A stretch of DNA of 64,000 nt. Source: Octopus sinensis. Its lineage: Eukaryota. A program made the translations under genes and the position numbers. Shown here in pieces: positions 36,984-50,470 of this stretch (positions are counted from its first letter, which is position 1; every line of letters begins with the position of its first letter). The notes below the pieces were generated by a model, which had not been told where the DNA came from, searched no databases, and worked only from the letters and a program-made list of their open reading frames with translations. The stretch is taken from positions 57,846,001 to 57,910,000 of the forward strand of contig NC_042999.1 of assembly GCF_006345805.1 (NCBI RefSeq), read 5' to 3'.

Positions 36984-37966
36984 CGTGTGTGTATAACATA
37001 AATAGCTCCAAGTGACCAGAGGAATGTATTTAAACAACATACAGGTATATCACATACCATACAACGCAAATTCTTTATTTATTAAAAATACCTCCGCCTC
37101 TAAAGGATGCATCCGAATTACCAAATGGACAATTCAGACCAACTCCTCTTGAAAAAGGGATTTAATCTCAAGGATCAAGAATTCCCTAAGTTGACATACC
37201 GTTAAGGAAAAGGACTGAGTTATTCTCTAGAGATAAGAGCATAGTCGTGGATACCTGTTTCTAACTCAACAGTCGTCATCAGCTGGACAATTGACGGACC
37301 TTATCTCTAGTAGCCGCGGCACTTAGACTTATACGAAAAAGAGTAGAATATACTTCAGTATCGAGAAGTGAGAAGGCTGACATGCAAGGGTAACCCCTAA
37401 TCTTCTTTTAAAAGATCCTTGTCCAAGCCTACGCATGCATGTGGAGACACATGGTCAACTGAGACCGAGAGAAGCCCTATATATGTCCACTGTATTAGTT
37501 CCGAGATTATTGTAATGGTTACCATAATCATGTTGTGATTTATAGAGCGGCATATTTGAGTTAGAAATCGAAAGCAGCGGACCCCAACCCTTTCCAGTTT
37601 TATGCAAGGCAATTTTCCCACGGACTGGGGATCACGCACTAAACACAGTGAAGTGCATAATATATAATTTAATTATTAGATATCAAACACACACACACAC
37701 ACAACGGAGGACTGGCCAGGTTGCCAGCTTGCCCGATGGCAAGTGGGCTCCTGCGCCATTAGAATCCATATATGGGAGGCCCATGTTAGTACCTATGGGA
37801 CCTATTCCCTCAAGTTTTAGAAATTTTTATTCACTCCTTGAATAACACATTAATTATTTCAGCCTGGCTGTGTTTGTAGATAGTTGAAAAGAATACTTTT
37901 AACACACACACTTTTGGCAACCAATACTTTTAGACCTAGTCCGCCACTGACACACACACACAAACA

Positions 37967-38048
<82 letters not shown>

Positions 38049-38534
38049 TACACATATAATACACATCCAATGCTAAAACACCCTGCAAAATGCGTTAGTC
38101 AATTAAACAGAAGTAAAATTTTAAAATTTATTCTCCCTCTGCTGCCCAGAGCCATATCATCCACGGCCCGGTACTGGTCCACGGTCTTATGGCGGATGGG
38201 GACCCTAGATCTAAACGACGAGGCTTTCTAAAATTTTCGAGGAGGATGATGGGATACTATTTCATTTTTGCTTGTGATGATGACCTTTAGAAATCCTATT
38301 ATACTCCCAGTTTCCTAGATTCTGGAAATTTGATAGCGTTTGCACGAATAATTGTAGATGCTGGTGGTCGCAGAGATACCTTGAGGCTCTATGCGTTTTA
38401 AGTGTATGTTAATGATTTTGTGAAGATCTGAAGTTTTTGAGCTTTCTAATGATGTTGTTGATATTGTTATTGTTCTCTTTGTTGTTTAGTCCCTGGAAAA
38501 TCCTGATGGAGCAGACCTACATTTATACCTTGAT

Positions 38535-39187
38535 CAGGAAATTTTTAGCCGTTGTTTTAATATTGTGTAAAAGGAAATATACATATAAAAAGAATATTTG
38601 TACATAAACTTAATCGGTTCGCGTTTTAGCCACTGCCGGGTAGTGTTTAATTTGTTCACTGAACACCGCCGCGAATTCCCCCTCGTTTTTTTCAAAAAAC
38701 ATCCCTAAATCACAAAATAAGGGAGGGGAGAATCTGCCCTATTTTTAAAATTCTGGCAGCAACACTGAAGCTGGAAGCAGGGTAATAATCTAATTCTACA
38801 CTTTATCACATTCAAGAATATAAACACGTTTTTAAGCACAACACACGCGGATTGAAAAAGAAACATTACCTTTCACCGTCACTGCGTGAACGACAGTGCT
38901 CTCTCTCCCTAGCATGAAGCTTCCTATCTCGGACATGTGAGCATGCGCACAACAACCAAACACCGCGTCGCTGGAACTGTGAAGCACACAGTACTATACA
39001 AAGATTTTTGTATTGTTTTCATAAACTAAGCAATGGCTACTGACATTAAGCTTAAGGGTTATATAATGTACAAGTATAAAGAAAGAATTAACGAAAAAAG
39101 GACTCATTATATTGAATGTTATCGATAATATCGAGTGGAAATAGGGGGCGCTGCAGTTCCGTAGTGCCTATACACGAGCCGCCACTG
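38535..39187 (+). mobile_element. Non-autonomous TIR element, copy 1 (one TIR retained)
   Basis: About 620 bp is homologous to the reverse complement of 54467-55097; ends cacgagccgccactg. Confidence 0.8.
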
Positions 39188-39275
39188 ACCTTGATCATCC
39201 GAAAACTGTTTCAATGCCTCCTTCCTTCTGAAAATGATTTAGCGTCGTTTTAAGGAATTTTTTTTGATGATGATA

Positions 39276-40140
39276 CTATTGTTGTTGTTGTTGTTGATGA
39301 TGATGATGGTGATGATGTAGTGGTGTCGGTGGTGATGATGGAGGTGGTGGTGGTAGTACACTGATGATGTTACTAGTGTCCGTGTGGTTGCCAGTATAAG
39401 AGATGCTGATGAAATTGTTGTTGTTTACGGTGACGGTGATGGTGATGATAATGGTGATGGTGGTGGTGGATTTGGTGGGGCGGGTGGTGGTGGTGGTATG
39501 TTGATGTTGTTTTGCTGTTATTACAGTGGTGTTGGTGGAGATTGGTGGAGATTGTGGTGCTAATCTTCTTGCTGCTGTTCTTGTTGTTCTTCTTAAACTT
39601 CTGCTTCTTCTCCTCCACCTCCTCAGCCTCCTTATTATTATTATTATTATTATTATTATCAACGATAGCAATGGTGGTGGTGGTAGTGGTGGTGGCGGCG
39701 GCGGTGGCGGCGGTGGTGGTGGTGGTAGTGTTGATATTGTTTTGTTGTTATTACAGTTATTGCTGGGGAGGGGGGTAGTTTTGATGGATGTTGTGTTGTT
39801 GTTGCTGCTGCTGTTGTTCTTTTTCTTCTTCTTCTTCTTTTTTCTTCTTCTTCTTCTTCTTCTTTTTCTTCTTTTCTTCTTCTTCTTCTTTTCTTCTTTC
39901 TTCTTCTTCTTCTTCTTCTTTTCTTCTTCTTCTTTTCTTCTTTTTCTTCTTCTTCTTCTTCTTCTTCTTCTTTTCTTCTTTCTTCTCTTCTTCTTCTTCT
40001 TCTTCTTCTTCTTCTTCTTCTTCTTCTTCTTCTTCATCATCATCACCATCTTCCTATTCTTCTCCTTCTCCTCCACTACCTTCTTCTCCACCTTCTTCCT
40101 TTTGTCGGTGATGATGGTGGCAGTGGTGGTGGTATTAATG
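39276..40140. repeat. Long mosaic trinucleotide tract (GTT/GAT/GGT/TTA/TTC)
   Basis: Directly visible; it produces the 295-aa and 258-aa homopolymeric ORFs. Confidence 0.9.
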
Positions 40141-40854
40141 ATACTGGTACATGATCTAACCATCTCCGTTACCGAATTTCCATCATACCGTTGTAAACAC
40201 GCGAGGAATTTCTTTGAACATTATATTTCCGACTATTCTATATTTAGGTTGCCAACACTCGACACCAATTTATCTCAACCATTTCCTCTCGGTGTTCGTT
40301 AGTCATCCATTTTACACCTATTTATCTATTTATTTATCTCTTTAATTACACACACGTATGCACACGTGTGCGTGCGCATGCGTGCGAGGGCGCGCTTGTA
40401 AGTGTAAGTATGCGTTAACTTTTGCGTTTAGTTAAGTGCTTAAGCGTTTATTTAGTTTCATCTAGATATTCTTATTTGCTTTTACAACCTACGTGTTTTG
40501 ATACTCAATTATCTACACACACACTTCATTCAAGAGAGAACGGGAAAAGGAAATAAAAGCCATAGGAAATAACGTCCTATCTTAACCTCAACCAGACACG
40601 TCTCAGACAGTCATAAAAAGAGTAAGAAGCAACGTTTTATGGCCTAGGGTGATTTGCATAATTAAAATAGAAAATGAGCTAGAAGAAGTAACTCAGAGTG
40701 GCCGGTGGCATAAATTTGAATAACAAACACGAAGAAAGGTATACTAAATACCATGCGAAATAAATTTTTGATTTACTGATATTATCTTCGCTTCGAATAA
40801 ACGTAAACAATCCACCCACCCGCGCACACACACAAGCACATCATATGTGTGTAA

Positions 40855-40932
<78 letters not shown>

Positions 40933-40934
<2 letters not shown>

Positions 40935-41328
40935 GAGTGGCTGTGTGGTAAGTAGCTTGCTAACCAACCACATGGTTCCGGGTTCAGTCCCACTGCGTGG
41001 CACCTTGGGCAAGTGTCTTCTACTATAGCCTCGGGCCGACCAATGCCTTGTGAGTGGATTTGGTAGACGGAAACTGAAAGAAGACTGTCGTATATATGCA
41101 TATATATATATATGTATGTATGTGTGTGTTTGTGTGTCTGTGTTTGTCTCCCTAGCATTGCTTGATAACCGATGCTGGTGTGTTTACGTCCCCGTAACTT
41201 AGCGGTTCGGTAAAAGAGACCGATAGAATAAGTACTAGGCTTACAAAGAATAAGTCCCGGGGTCGATTTGCTCGACTAAAGGCGGTGCTCCAGCATGGCC
41301 GCGGTCAAATGACTGAAACAAGTAAAAG

Positions 41329-41330
<2 letters not shown>
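40933..41330 (+). mobile_element. SINE family A, young subfamily
   Basis: Near-identical to 25009-25430. Confidence 0.93.
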
Positions 41331-41424
<94 letters not shown>

Positions 41425-41443
41425 AGAAAGAAAATTTTATGTA

Positions 41444-41995
41444 TTGGGTTGGCAACTGAGTCCCCTTCGTTTTTTCATATTTTGGAATTTATTGCGTTTT
41501 TAAATTTTGGAATCTTTTTTTTTTTCGAGAATTCTATTTTTGAATCATTTTGGAATCTTTTTTCTTTTTCTAGTTGATATTAGTTAAGTTTTGTTTATTT
41601 TGAGATCATTAAAATGGAATGTCAAGTTAAGAAAAACGAGCATTTTTGACACCTTATTGCTTTTAATCAAGGTTCTAAGGCCCCGAAAGCTGCTCGCGAC
41701 ATTTGTGCTGTGTATGGAGAGGGTGCCATATCTGAAAGAACCGCTCGTGATTGGTATGCCAAGTTCAAAATGGAAGTTTTGACCTCAAAGACGCACATCG
41801 TTCTGGCCGTCCAGTTGAGATCGATGAAGAGCGATTAAACCAACTTTTACACGAAAATTCTCGTCATACGACAAGGGAACTGGCAGAGAAAATGGAATGC
41901 TCCCACACTGCTGTAGAGAAGCATCTTCACTCGATGGGAAAGGTTCAGAAGTATGGAGCATGGGTTCCGCATGCTTTAAGTGACAACAACAAAAA
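41444..41995 (+). mobile_element. Mariner 5' half (left TIR + transposase N-terminus)
   Basis: TA|ttgggttggcaact; ATG at 41614, MECQVKKNEH...; DAHRSGRPVEIDEERL...STTRE-like RHTTRELAEK, WVPHAL. Confidence 0.9.
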
Positions 41996-43448
41996 TTTAT
42001 TTCCAAATCAAACGGTGTAACAATCCAATCGAGTACATGCATTTTCTCCAGGTCCTTGAAACGTACGTTAAAGTATTCCATTAATTTTTTCAAGATGCTT
42101 TTATGTGTTTCTCTGAATCACAGTCTGAAATGTTTTCATTTTCTCCCAATTGCCGCAAGTTTGAAAATTATTTAAAATCTCTACGTGCCAATGGAGATTT
42201 GAATCGCTCTGTTTTGATTTGGATGTCTATTGGGATTGTTAGGACTTAAAGCATTGTAATATCTTTACCTTGCAGACGTTTCTGTACTTCATTAAATTTT
42301 GAATATAGATCTACCAAATAGAACAGATGGTTCTTCCACATTTTCAACTCGTCACACAGTGATGGGTCCATATCCGTAAGAAGCTTCATAGTTGAGTCAA
42401 ACAACTCAACAAGTCTTTGCAAGATATCACCTTTTGACAACCACTTTGCCTCAGTGTGCAAAAGTAATTGGTTCAAAGTTTCATCATTTTTTTTTTCACA
42501 AAACATTGCAAAGAGTCGTGAATTGAGAGGATGAGCTTTAATATTATTGATTGACCTGATACACACTTTGAAGGCTTCATGCAGTTCACCACTGAGTTTC
42601 TTGGCTACAATATAGTGTCTGTATAAAACGCAGTGAACAGTACGCACATTGGGAACCTTTTCCTTGAGTAAGACGGCAAGTCCTCTGTAACGGCCAACCA
42701 TTGCTGGTGCACCACTGGTAGCCACTACAGTAATATTTCCGAGGGAACATTGTGTTTCTTCAAATAATCCTCCAAACACAGAAAAATTCTCTCCCCTTTC
42801 GCATCACCTTTAAGTTACTTAGCAAACAAAAACACGTCAACATTGTACTTTAAGCTTGAACTATAATACCTCACATAAGAGTATTTGAACTCCTAAAAGT
42901 TGATTCATCAAGTTGAACAGAAAATTTGCACTGTTGAAGCTCAGATGCCAAGCTTCTCTCCACATCATTGGTCATTTCATCAATGTGTCGATGCACTGTA
43001 TTTGCACTTAATGGTATGCATTTTAGAACAGGTTGAGAGTTTTTCTTCATAACATTTTTAATTACAACTTTAATTGCTGGTATTATGATCTCTTCATTAA
43101 TGGTATACGATTTTCCTTTCTTTATTATATTAAGGGAATACTGTATAATGTCTTCATTCCTCCGTCATTATCAGTACTGGCAGATGCTTTATAATATTTC
43201 TTTAAATTTAGTTGATTTCTAAATTTTTCTTTTAGCATCTTAAAAACATCAAGATTTTTGTTTTTCTTATCAGAATGACTCCTTTCAAGGTGGTCTTTCA
43301 TCTTCGTGGGTTTCATGGCACCATTACTGACAGTCTTTTCACATGACAGGCACGTAGGCATTGTTTTATCAGTAAATGAAGGTACGAATCCAAATTTCAA
43401 ATATTCTTGTGAATATTGTCTGCACTTCTTAGCATTAGAGGCTGCCAT
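41996..43448 (-). mobile_element. hAT Buster/Charlie transposase pseudogene (ZBED5/ZBED8-like family)
   Basis: BED finger (CRQYSQEYLKFGF...CLSC...MKPTKMKDHL...H), QLDEST, GAPAMVG, HCVLYRH, HTEAKWLSKG, DWIVTPF; stops and frameshifts; no TIR seen. Confidence 0.9.
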
Positions 43449-43692
43449 TGTGTTTACTAGAAATGGGCAAATTTAAATAGTAAAAGCACAGCTATCAGTT
43501 CACTGTCGCCATTCCGATAGCTACGGGTGTTGAGTATACTCTGGCTGTCTCTGGACTAGTTGGCGCCAATGGCCATCTGATGGTTGCTCTGACCAGCAAG
43601 CACGTGTTACGTATTGAGCACTGAGTTGATCTATCTCGGCGGCAAGTCGACCAAACCGAGAACTGTGTGTGACTCATACACACACACACACA

Positions 43693-43752
<60 letters not shown>

Positions 43753-43971
43753 CATATAAATATATATATATATCCCTCCCTCTCTGTGTGTGTAGTAGTT
43801 GGAATGTTTCTGTGTGTTTATACGTTTACCCTCCACCGTTCTACACTCAGTTGGGTTCTGTCTCTGCAGTGTTTGATGCCGCCGTAAGTGAAAGAATTGT
43901 CACTGCTGTCTCTGTGACTGTAGGTTTGTATGCGCACTAACTACGTTCGATGGTCAGCAATATATCAGAAA

Positions 43972-44151
43972 GTTGACAACCGATGCTGGTGTGCTTACGT
44001 CCCCCGTAACTTAGCGGTTCGGTAAAAGTGAGACCGATAGAATAAGTACTAGGCTTACAAAGAATAAACTCTGAGTCGATTTGCTCGACTAAAGGCGGTG
44101 CTCCAGCATGGCCGCAGTCAAATGACTGAAACAAGTAGAACAATAAAAGAG
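43972..44151 (+). mobile_element. SINE family A 3' half
   Basis: ttgacaaccgatgctgg through the tail. Confidence 0.85.
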
Positions 44152-44157
44152 TAATTA

Positions 44158-44361
44158 CAAGGTGTTCAAAAAGTCTATCCACAGTGAATTTTTTTCATCC
44201 TGCGCTACTTCAAGATTATTTCGAAGGGACTTTGGCCACCGAGATCACTTGATTTAACACCTCCAGACTTTTTTGTCTGGGGAGCGAGTAAAGGATCAGC
44301 ATACAAGAACCGCCAGAAAACCATTAAATATTTACTGCGGAGAGACTTTTTGAACACTATA
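44158..44361 (+). mobile_element. Tiny Tc1/mariner derivative (about 204 bp)
   Basis: TA|caaggtgttcaaaaagtct ... agactttttgaacac; 44233-44283 reads WPPRSLDLTPPDFFVWG. Confidence 0.8.
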
Positions 44362-46677
44362 TATAAAAAACGAAAACATTAACATATTACTACTAATACT
44401 AAAACCACTTTCTTTAATTCCTTATTGGAGGAAGAGGAGGAGGAGGATTTTTTGTAAAGAATGTTCTGTACGTATTTCCTGTCCATCGTTATGACAAATA
44501 TTTTCTTAATAAAACTGAAGTTACAAAACAACAAACAAAAGCTCGCCATTATCACAAGAATTACCTTATTTTTACGTCTGATTATTACATTTATTTGTGT
44601 CCAAGTTTGTTGTTATTGTTGTTTTTGTATTTGGTTCAATTAAAAATAGTTCCGTCGATGTCTGAGATTTTAAATGTTTGTTAAGAGACAGCGTGGGATG
44701 TGGAAAGATTGGATTGGTTTACTCGATAAATGAAAGAAAATATTTTTCTAATATTGAAACCATGCAATACAGATAATCCAGTGCATTGACTGGTAATACT
44801 AGACCACAGGAAGTTATCAGTTTGGCCATTTACAGAGTAAAGACCATTCCAGCAGCCAAAGCTTAAGTAATCAGGGACGGATAACTATCACAGGAAGAAC
44901 AGCTAGACAATAGTTAAGCATTAGAAGTTAATGAATTCTTAATCTTAGAAAATTCCCACATTAAATTAGACGTTGCAAATATCTTTTTATCAAAGAAAAA
45001 CAAAGATCTGTAGACCCAGCGACCGAATTTAAGCCACACAGCTATCACTCCCAAAGTAACCGTGGTACCAATTATACTACAGATAGCCTGTTATTATCCC
45101 CCCCCCCTTTTGAAATTAGATTCTATAAATGTTACACTTGTTTGTTTGTTTGTTTGTTTTCTGCTGTTTTTATTACACTATTTTATCTTCACAAGTGTCA
45201 CATTTGTTTCAAGTGTAATTTGTCAGCCACCTAACACTGACAAGATATGCTACTTCTACTAATGCAAAAATTAGGCAGCGATTTGGCAGAATCGTTATTG
45301 TATCGGATGAAATGTTTCGTGGTATTTAGTTCAAACTCATTGTGGTATGATTTCAAAAATTTTGCTTTTCATCCCTGTGAGGTAAGGGCCGGTAACATTG
45401 ATAAACCTTATAACCCTAGCAGCAACATGTCTTACTTCCATTCTGCTCAGTTGCTGACCATCTATAAAACTCAAACCTTATGATGACACTAAATATATTG
45501 CTGAAACTATATCTCAAAATCTAGGCTTACTCGTTAAAGCAATTACTTCAATCCTAATGCATCTCGTCAAAGATGCCAAGTGTTAAAACATTTGCCCCAC
45601 AAAGGCTAAATTTCTTCTTTAGACATATGAATCATTTCAACTCAGATCAATTGCTGACAAGGCTTAAGTGTCACACACATTTTTGTACATTAAAACCACA
45701 TCCCAAAAAAAGACCATTCGGACGATTATCAAATACTTACTCTCAAACACACTACAACTGATGTGCTGTCTCTTCTCTCTAACCACTTCTGTTGCAACTA
45801 CAATAGCTTCTGCAACTTCAAACTTGCTAGATGTGCACTACTTTTATCAGTAAAGCTCCCCTATCTTTTCTGCCTTCGTTGCCTCTATTGTCCCATCCAC
45901 CAAATCCTATACTAAATACTAATACTGGACCAATTACTTCTAATTTTAAAATCAATTCTATAATCTTTCTACGTCCAAAATGTTTCTCCTGATATCATAG
46001 ATTTTGTAAGAGGTTGTAGTTAATGTAGTGGAAGAACCATATTCCCAACAGATTTGACAAAATGGCAAAGCTTCAACCTAAAGTTTAACTACATCGGTTG
46101 AAAGAGCTTGCGACTGGAAAGAAGTGCAAACGCCTAGGGCGCTGTCCCTCCTCGGACTAAATAAAATACAAAGATCTAAACCCAGTGAACTCCGCTTCAT
46201 TCTTCATTCTTCCAAGTTTGATATGATGTGCCAGTCATGCACTGAATTAATTCAATCAATTGTAGTCCTCTTGCTACAGACGTATGGCTCTTGTGCCAAA
46301 GTTAGAACCAAGCATTACGTATTTAGCCTCACCTAACAAAACCAAAAGCTGCGGTCTGAGAAAATATGTGAAGTTTAGTTTGGTCACTATGAAGATCTGC
46401 ACATTGTGAAGGTCGGGACACTGAAGATCTGGACATAAGAAAAGTTTAGGCACTGCAAAAGGATGACCACAGTACCTTTAACCTGAATAAACCCCTGAAA
46501 AAAAAGTCGGTGAAAAATCTATGTGGTAGCTCGACCTGTTAGAACAACCAAATTTCTCCCGCATTGTACCCTACTCTCCTTAAAAGGGAATGATATTTCA
46601 AATGATTTGTCATAGACACCCATGCCTGAAAGAATCGACTGGCCCCCTCCCCAAAAATTTCGGGCCTTGATTTCTTG

Positions 46678-46748
<71 letters not shown>

Positions 46749-46750
46749 GC
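46678..46750. repeat. (CTG)n(TTG)n microsatellite
   Basis: Directly visible; gives the poly-Q/poly-C ORFs. Confidence 0.95.
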
Positions 46751-47849
46751 TTAAGCATTAAGGTATCGTGCCTTTATGCCCATACCCCACCGAGGATGTT
46801 TGCCTTTCATCCTTCCAAGGTCGATATCCTTACAATATTTCTATAAAGCATCCTAGTCGCGTACTAAGGTCTGTATAGTCGACCGTTCTCTACCTCAAAA
46901 ATGCCTGACTTGTGCCAATGTCAGATATAATAAAGGTGGTAAGCGAGGTTTGGTATAGATTGCCAGAATGGTTAAAGTGGTGAATAAAATATTTTGCAAT
47001 GTTCGTTTCGGTTCCCTGAATTCAAATCATGCCGACTTTGCCTGTTACCCTTCCTGAGTCGATAAAATAAAGTACTAGTACTGAGGTCTGTATAATCACA
47101 GACTTATCCCACAGTAGTTTGTGTAACAAATTCTCCACTGACTTTACATTTCCAACCTATTCCTGTGATGTTTATAAAGTTACTGAATGATTAATTAATT
47201 CTAAATTAATGAACTAATTAGTATCAGCTGCCAGATAGAGAAACCTAACACAGTTTGAACTAGTGTTTATCAGCAGATGGCTTTGGAGAAAGCTAAAGAA
47301 AAACGTTTTTAGCTTTGGCACATGGCCACAAATTCTGGCTATAATTGTTTTTGCTGTTGCTGATTAGCTCCATTAACCCATTTCAAATCTGATCGAACAT
47401 ACCTATCAGTGACCATCCCGTCTTTTTACTGGGTAAGGAACACAGAAGCACATTATCCAACGTGTCCATTTTAAAGACAGTGTACGTGATTTAAAGAAAA
47501 TTTGGTTGCTGTTTCTAGCAGGTCGAACGACCAACAAGAGGCTCCGTCATTAGCAATTTAGATGAGAAAGCAATTGATTATATCGTCCTCAGTACGTAAC
47601 TGACCCTTATATAATTGGCCCCGGAGAGATGGGAAGTAAAGTTGACATCGGAGAGATTTGAACTCAGAGAGCAAAAGGATGTGACTAAATGATACGAAAA
47701 GTTGAACTCGACGCTCAACCGATTCCGCCAATCCACCGCACTTAAACTAAATAAAAACCCACAAAAACGCTTCAGTGTGGTCCCTCGGTCTACTTCAAAT
47801 AGCAGCCAAATTTCCGTCAAATCACAGATCAGATGATATATTCTTAGAT

Positions 47850-48530
47850 CATCATCATCTGGTCGAGCCTGCTCGGACATTCTTAACCCGTACTCACCAT
47901 CCATCACGGTCCCGCATTAATTGAAGGAGGTCTTCGGCGAGGTATCCAGTGTTTCTGGTGAGTTGGTCTATATGCGTTGGGTTCGGAGGATCAGCTCGAA
48001 TATGGCCATGCTCTGACATCCAAAGCAGTAGTTCACACGTCAGCTCTTGCTTAGCTTGCCAGCAAAGGACCCGCAAAGCATAAGTGCCTTTCTTTTTCTA
48101 ATGGTGGGAACAGACAGGAGATCTCCATACAACTGTTTCTTGGTGAGATGTGTTCTCCAAGATATGTTTAAGACTGTTCTTATAATTCGTGTGTAAGTTC
48201 CGTCTAGCTTGGATTCCAATTTTTGGTAAGTATCCAGGCTGCTGTTCCATATAAAAGGGGCTGACAGTGAACGAAATAAGCAATAAGTAAAAACTCCAAG
48301 TCAAAAATTAACGCTAAAAATCATCGGGAATGCTTAGAAACGTGGAAGGATCGTTTTCAGAATTTGCTTGGGAAATACCTTCAGTCTCTGATATAGATGT
48401 CATGCCTAGATAATCCATTTGAGAAATTGAGATGTCCTGGATGGAACGCTTTCGATAAGAGATCTTCTCGGTCATTGGTTGAGCTGGATGGTAATCTAAA
48501 CAATAAAATAAAATAAAAATGTGCCCCTTC
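47850..48530 (-). mobile_element. RTE-clade LINE 3' fragment with (GAT)n tail
   Basis: ELLLWMSEHGHIRADPPNPTHIDQLTRNTGYLAEDLLQLMRDRDGW resembles the RTE C-terminus; (atc)n on + at about 47850. Confidence 0.8.
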
Positions 48531-48766
48531 AAAGCCTAGTCAGGCTCATGGGCCCGGCTTCCCGGTTTCTATGGCGTATGTGTTCCCCAGCTGGACGGGA
48601 CGCCAGTCCATCGCAACGTTACTCATTTTTGCCAGCTGAGTGGACTGGAGCAACGTGAAATGAAGTGTTTTGCTCAAGGACACAACGCGTCGCCCGGTCC
48701 AGGAATCGAAACCACAATCTTACCATCATGATGCTGACAGCCTAACCATTAAGCTACGCGCCTCCA
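48459..48766 (-). mobile_element. SINE family C: tRNA head + CORE-like box + V-like tail
   Basis: Minus strand tggaggcgcgtagcttaatggttagg...tgtgtccttgagcaaaacact...cagctggcaaaaatgagt...gcgatggactggcgtcccgtccag. Confidence 0.85.
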
Positions 48767-49498
48767 ATCTAAACAATAAGCTAACAACAACAATAATAAA
48801 GAGAAAAATGTATTGAATATTGCTTTCTTTTTACCATTTAAATATAATATGAACATTAGTTGGAGATCCTGAAATCCGACGAAAATACAGATTTTTGAAA
48901 TTATGATTAATTCTAGTGATAATACTTTCAGTCAAGAGAACCTGTCTCTAGTTTTCTGTTGTTGAACGTAAAAATAATATTAAACGATTACCATTCAATG
49001 ACATTCCCTTTAAGTTAGCAATTATTTCAAACTAATTCTACGTAGGAGCCAAGGAGCACTGTTATTCGTAAGATAGCATACGACATACACCAAAATTTGG
49101 AGATGTGCCAAGTTTTCAAGTAAATTTATTACCTGCAGACAGACATTAAATTTCTGCCGAAATTTTGTTTTTTCTCTTACTCAAAACATTTATCATCCAC
49201 TCCATCTGCAGGCAAAGGAAATGATGGATCATCATGACTGGTTAAAAACTGAAAGAACGCGAAGTTTCATAAAAGTATCATAGCAGGCGTTTATTTCGAA
49301 TTGGAATCAATGTGTTCCTACGAGCTGGAGAAAGTTTCTTTTGTAGCAATATAAATCAGCTGGTTTGAAGAAGTAATAATTTTTCACAATTGTTTCTCGG
49401 CTAGCGAAATTCATTCCGAATATTCTATTTTTATCCTTCTTTCCCACATTCTCTCCCCTGTTGGCTTTCTCTATCAATCTATCCATCCATCCATTTCC

Positions 49499-49603
<105 letters not shown>

Positions 49604-49702
49604 AATCCAAACATGAAAACACAAAGAGAAAAACACAACAACGCGAGGACGTGGAACAAATATAGTATTATTGGACGCTCAAGAAGGAAGGGAAGAAGGA
49701 GG

Positions 49703-49737
49703 GTTTAACGATTCGAGCGGAGCTCTTCGTCAGAAAC
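49703..49737 (-). ncRNA. Minimal type I hammerhead ribozyme motif, A15.1 mutated
   Basis: GUUU-CUGACGA-A-GAGC(UCC)GCUC-GAA[U]C-GUU-AAAC; stem I GUUU/AAAC. Confidence 0.65.
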
Positions 49738-49791
49738 ATAGGAAAAGAAAAGATCCAAAGAAGGGAAGACGGAGGAAAAAAATCGCCAACG

Positions 49792-49900
<109 letters not shown>

Positions 49901-49934
49901 AAATATAATATGTGACAATTATTCGGTAGCCATC

Positions 49935-49993
49935 ATAAAACTCCGAGTTTCGAATGTCGGGGTGGAAATCCACGCCGCCATCTCTTCAGTTAT
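49935..49993 (-). ncRNA. Type I hammerhead ribozyme motif, intact core (Penelope-type)
   Basis: AUAA-CUGAAGA-[stem II closed by G-C, ending GUGG(AUUU)CCAC]-GAA-ACUC(G)GAGU-U-UUAU; stem I AUAA/UUAU; GUU triplet. Confidence 0.8.
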
Positions 49994-50470
49994 CCGGCCA
50001 TCAGAAAAAATGCTATGAAAATGACCGTTAAACAAAGGGAAATTACAGTGTGATTGACCGTTATTAAGACAAAAGAGCTATTTGAATGACCGCTAAGTAA
50101 GGGGGTAAAAATGTTCATATATGTGTGTGTGAGTGTATGTATGTATGTATGTATGTATGTATGTATGTATGTATGTATGTATGTATGATTGTATGTATGT
50201 ATGTATGTAGGCACAGGCATAACTGTGTAGTTTACAACCATGTGGTTTCAGATTCCCACCATGTGACACCTTCTCCAAGATGCAGACCTGTGCAAGGTAT
50301 GTTGCAGAAAATCAGCCACTGCTCATACATGCAAGTTTCCTCTTTCCGCGCCACCGACGTTGTCTAAAGGAATGGTAAAATCCGAGACAGCTTGGCACCA
50401 GCGATATTGCTGGCAAGGAATCCCGTCCGACGTATATTAACAATTCTGCCGATCTACTATTCAGAACTGG

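Noticed and set aside
37245-37290. CUGAUGA...GAAA...GUA on the minus strand (third hammerhead?)
   Set aside because: No 10.1-11.1 closing pair and stem I cannot form; consistent with chance.
39276-40302. 295-aa and 258-aa ORFs with poly-K/R/P/Q/F/L
   Set aside because: They lie entirely within a mosaic trinucleotide tract, are open on both strands, and show no domain or splice context.
48690-48766. SINE heads with A/B boxes as extra tRNA genes
   Set aside because: No complete cloverleaf or T-run terminator; they continue directly into SINE bodies.
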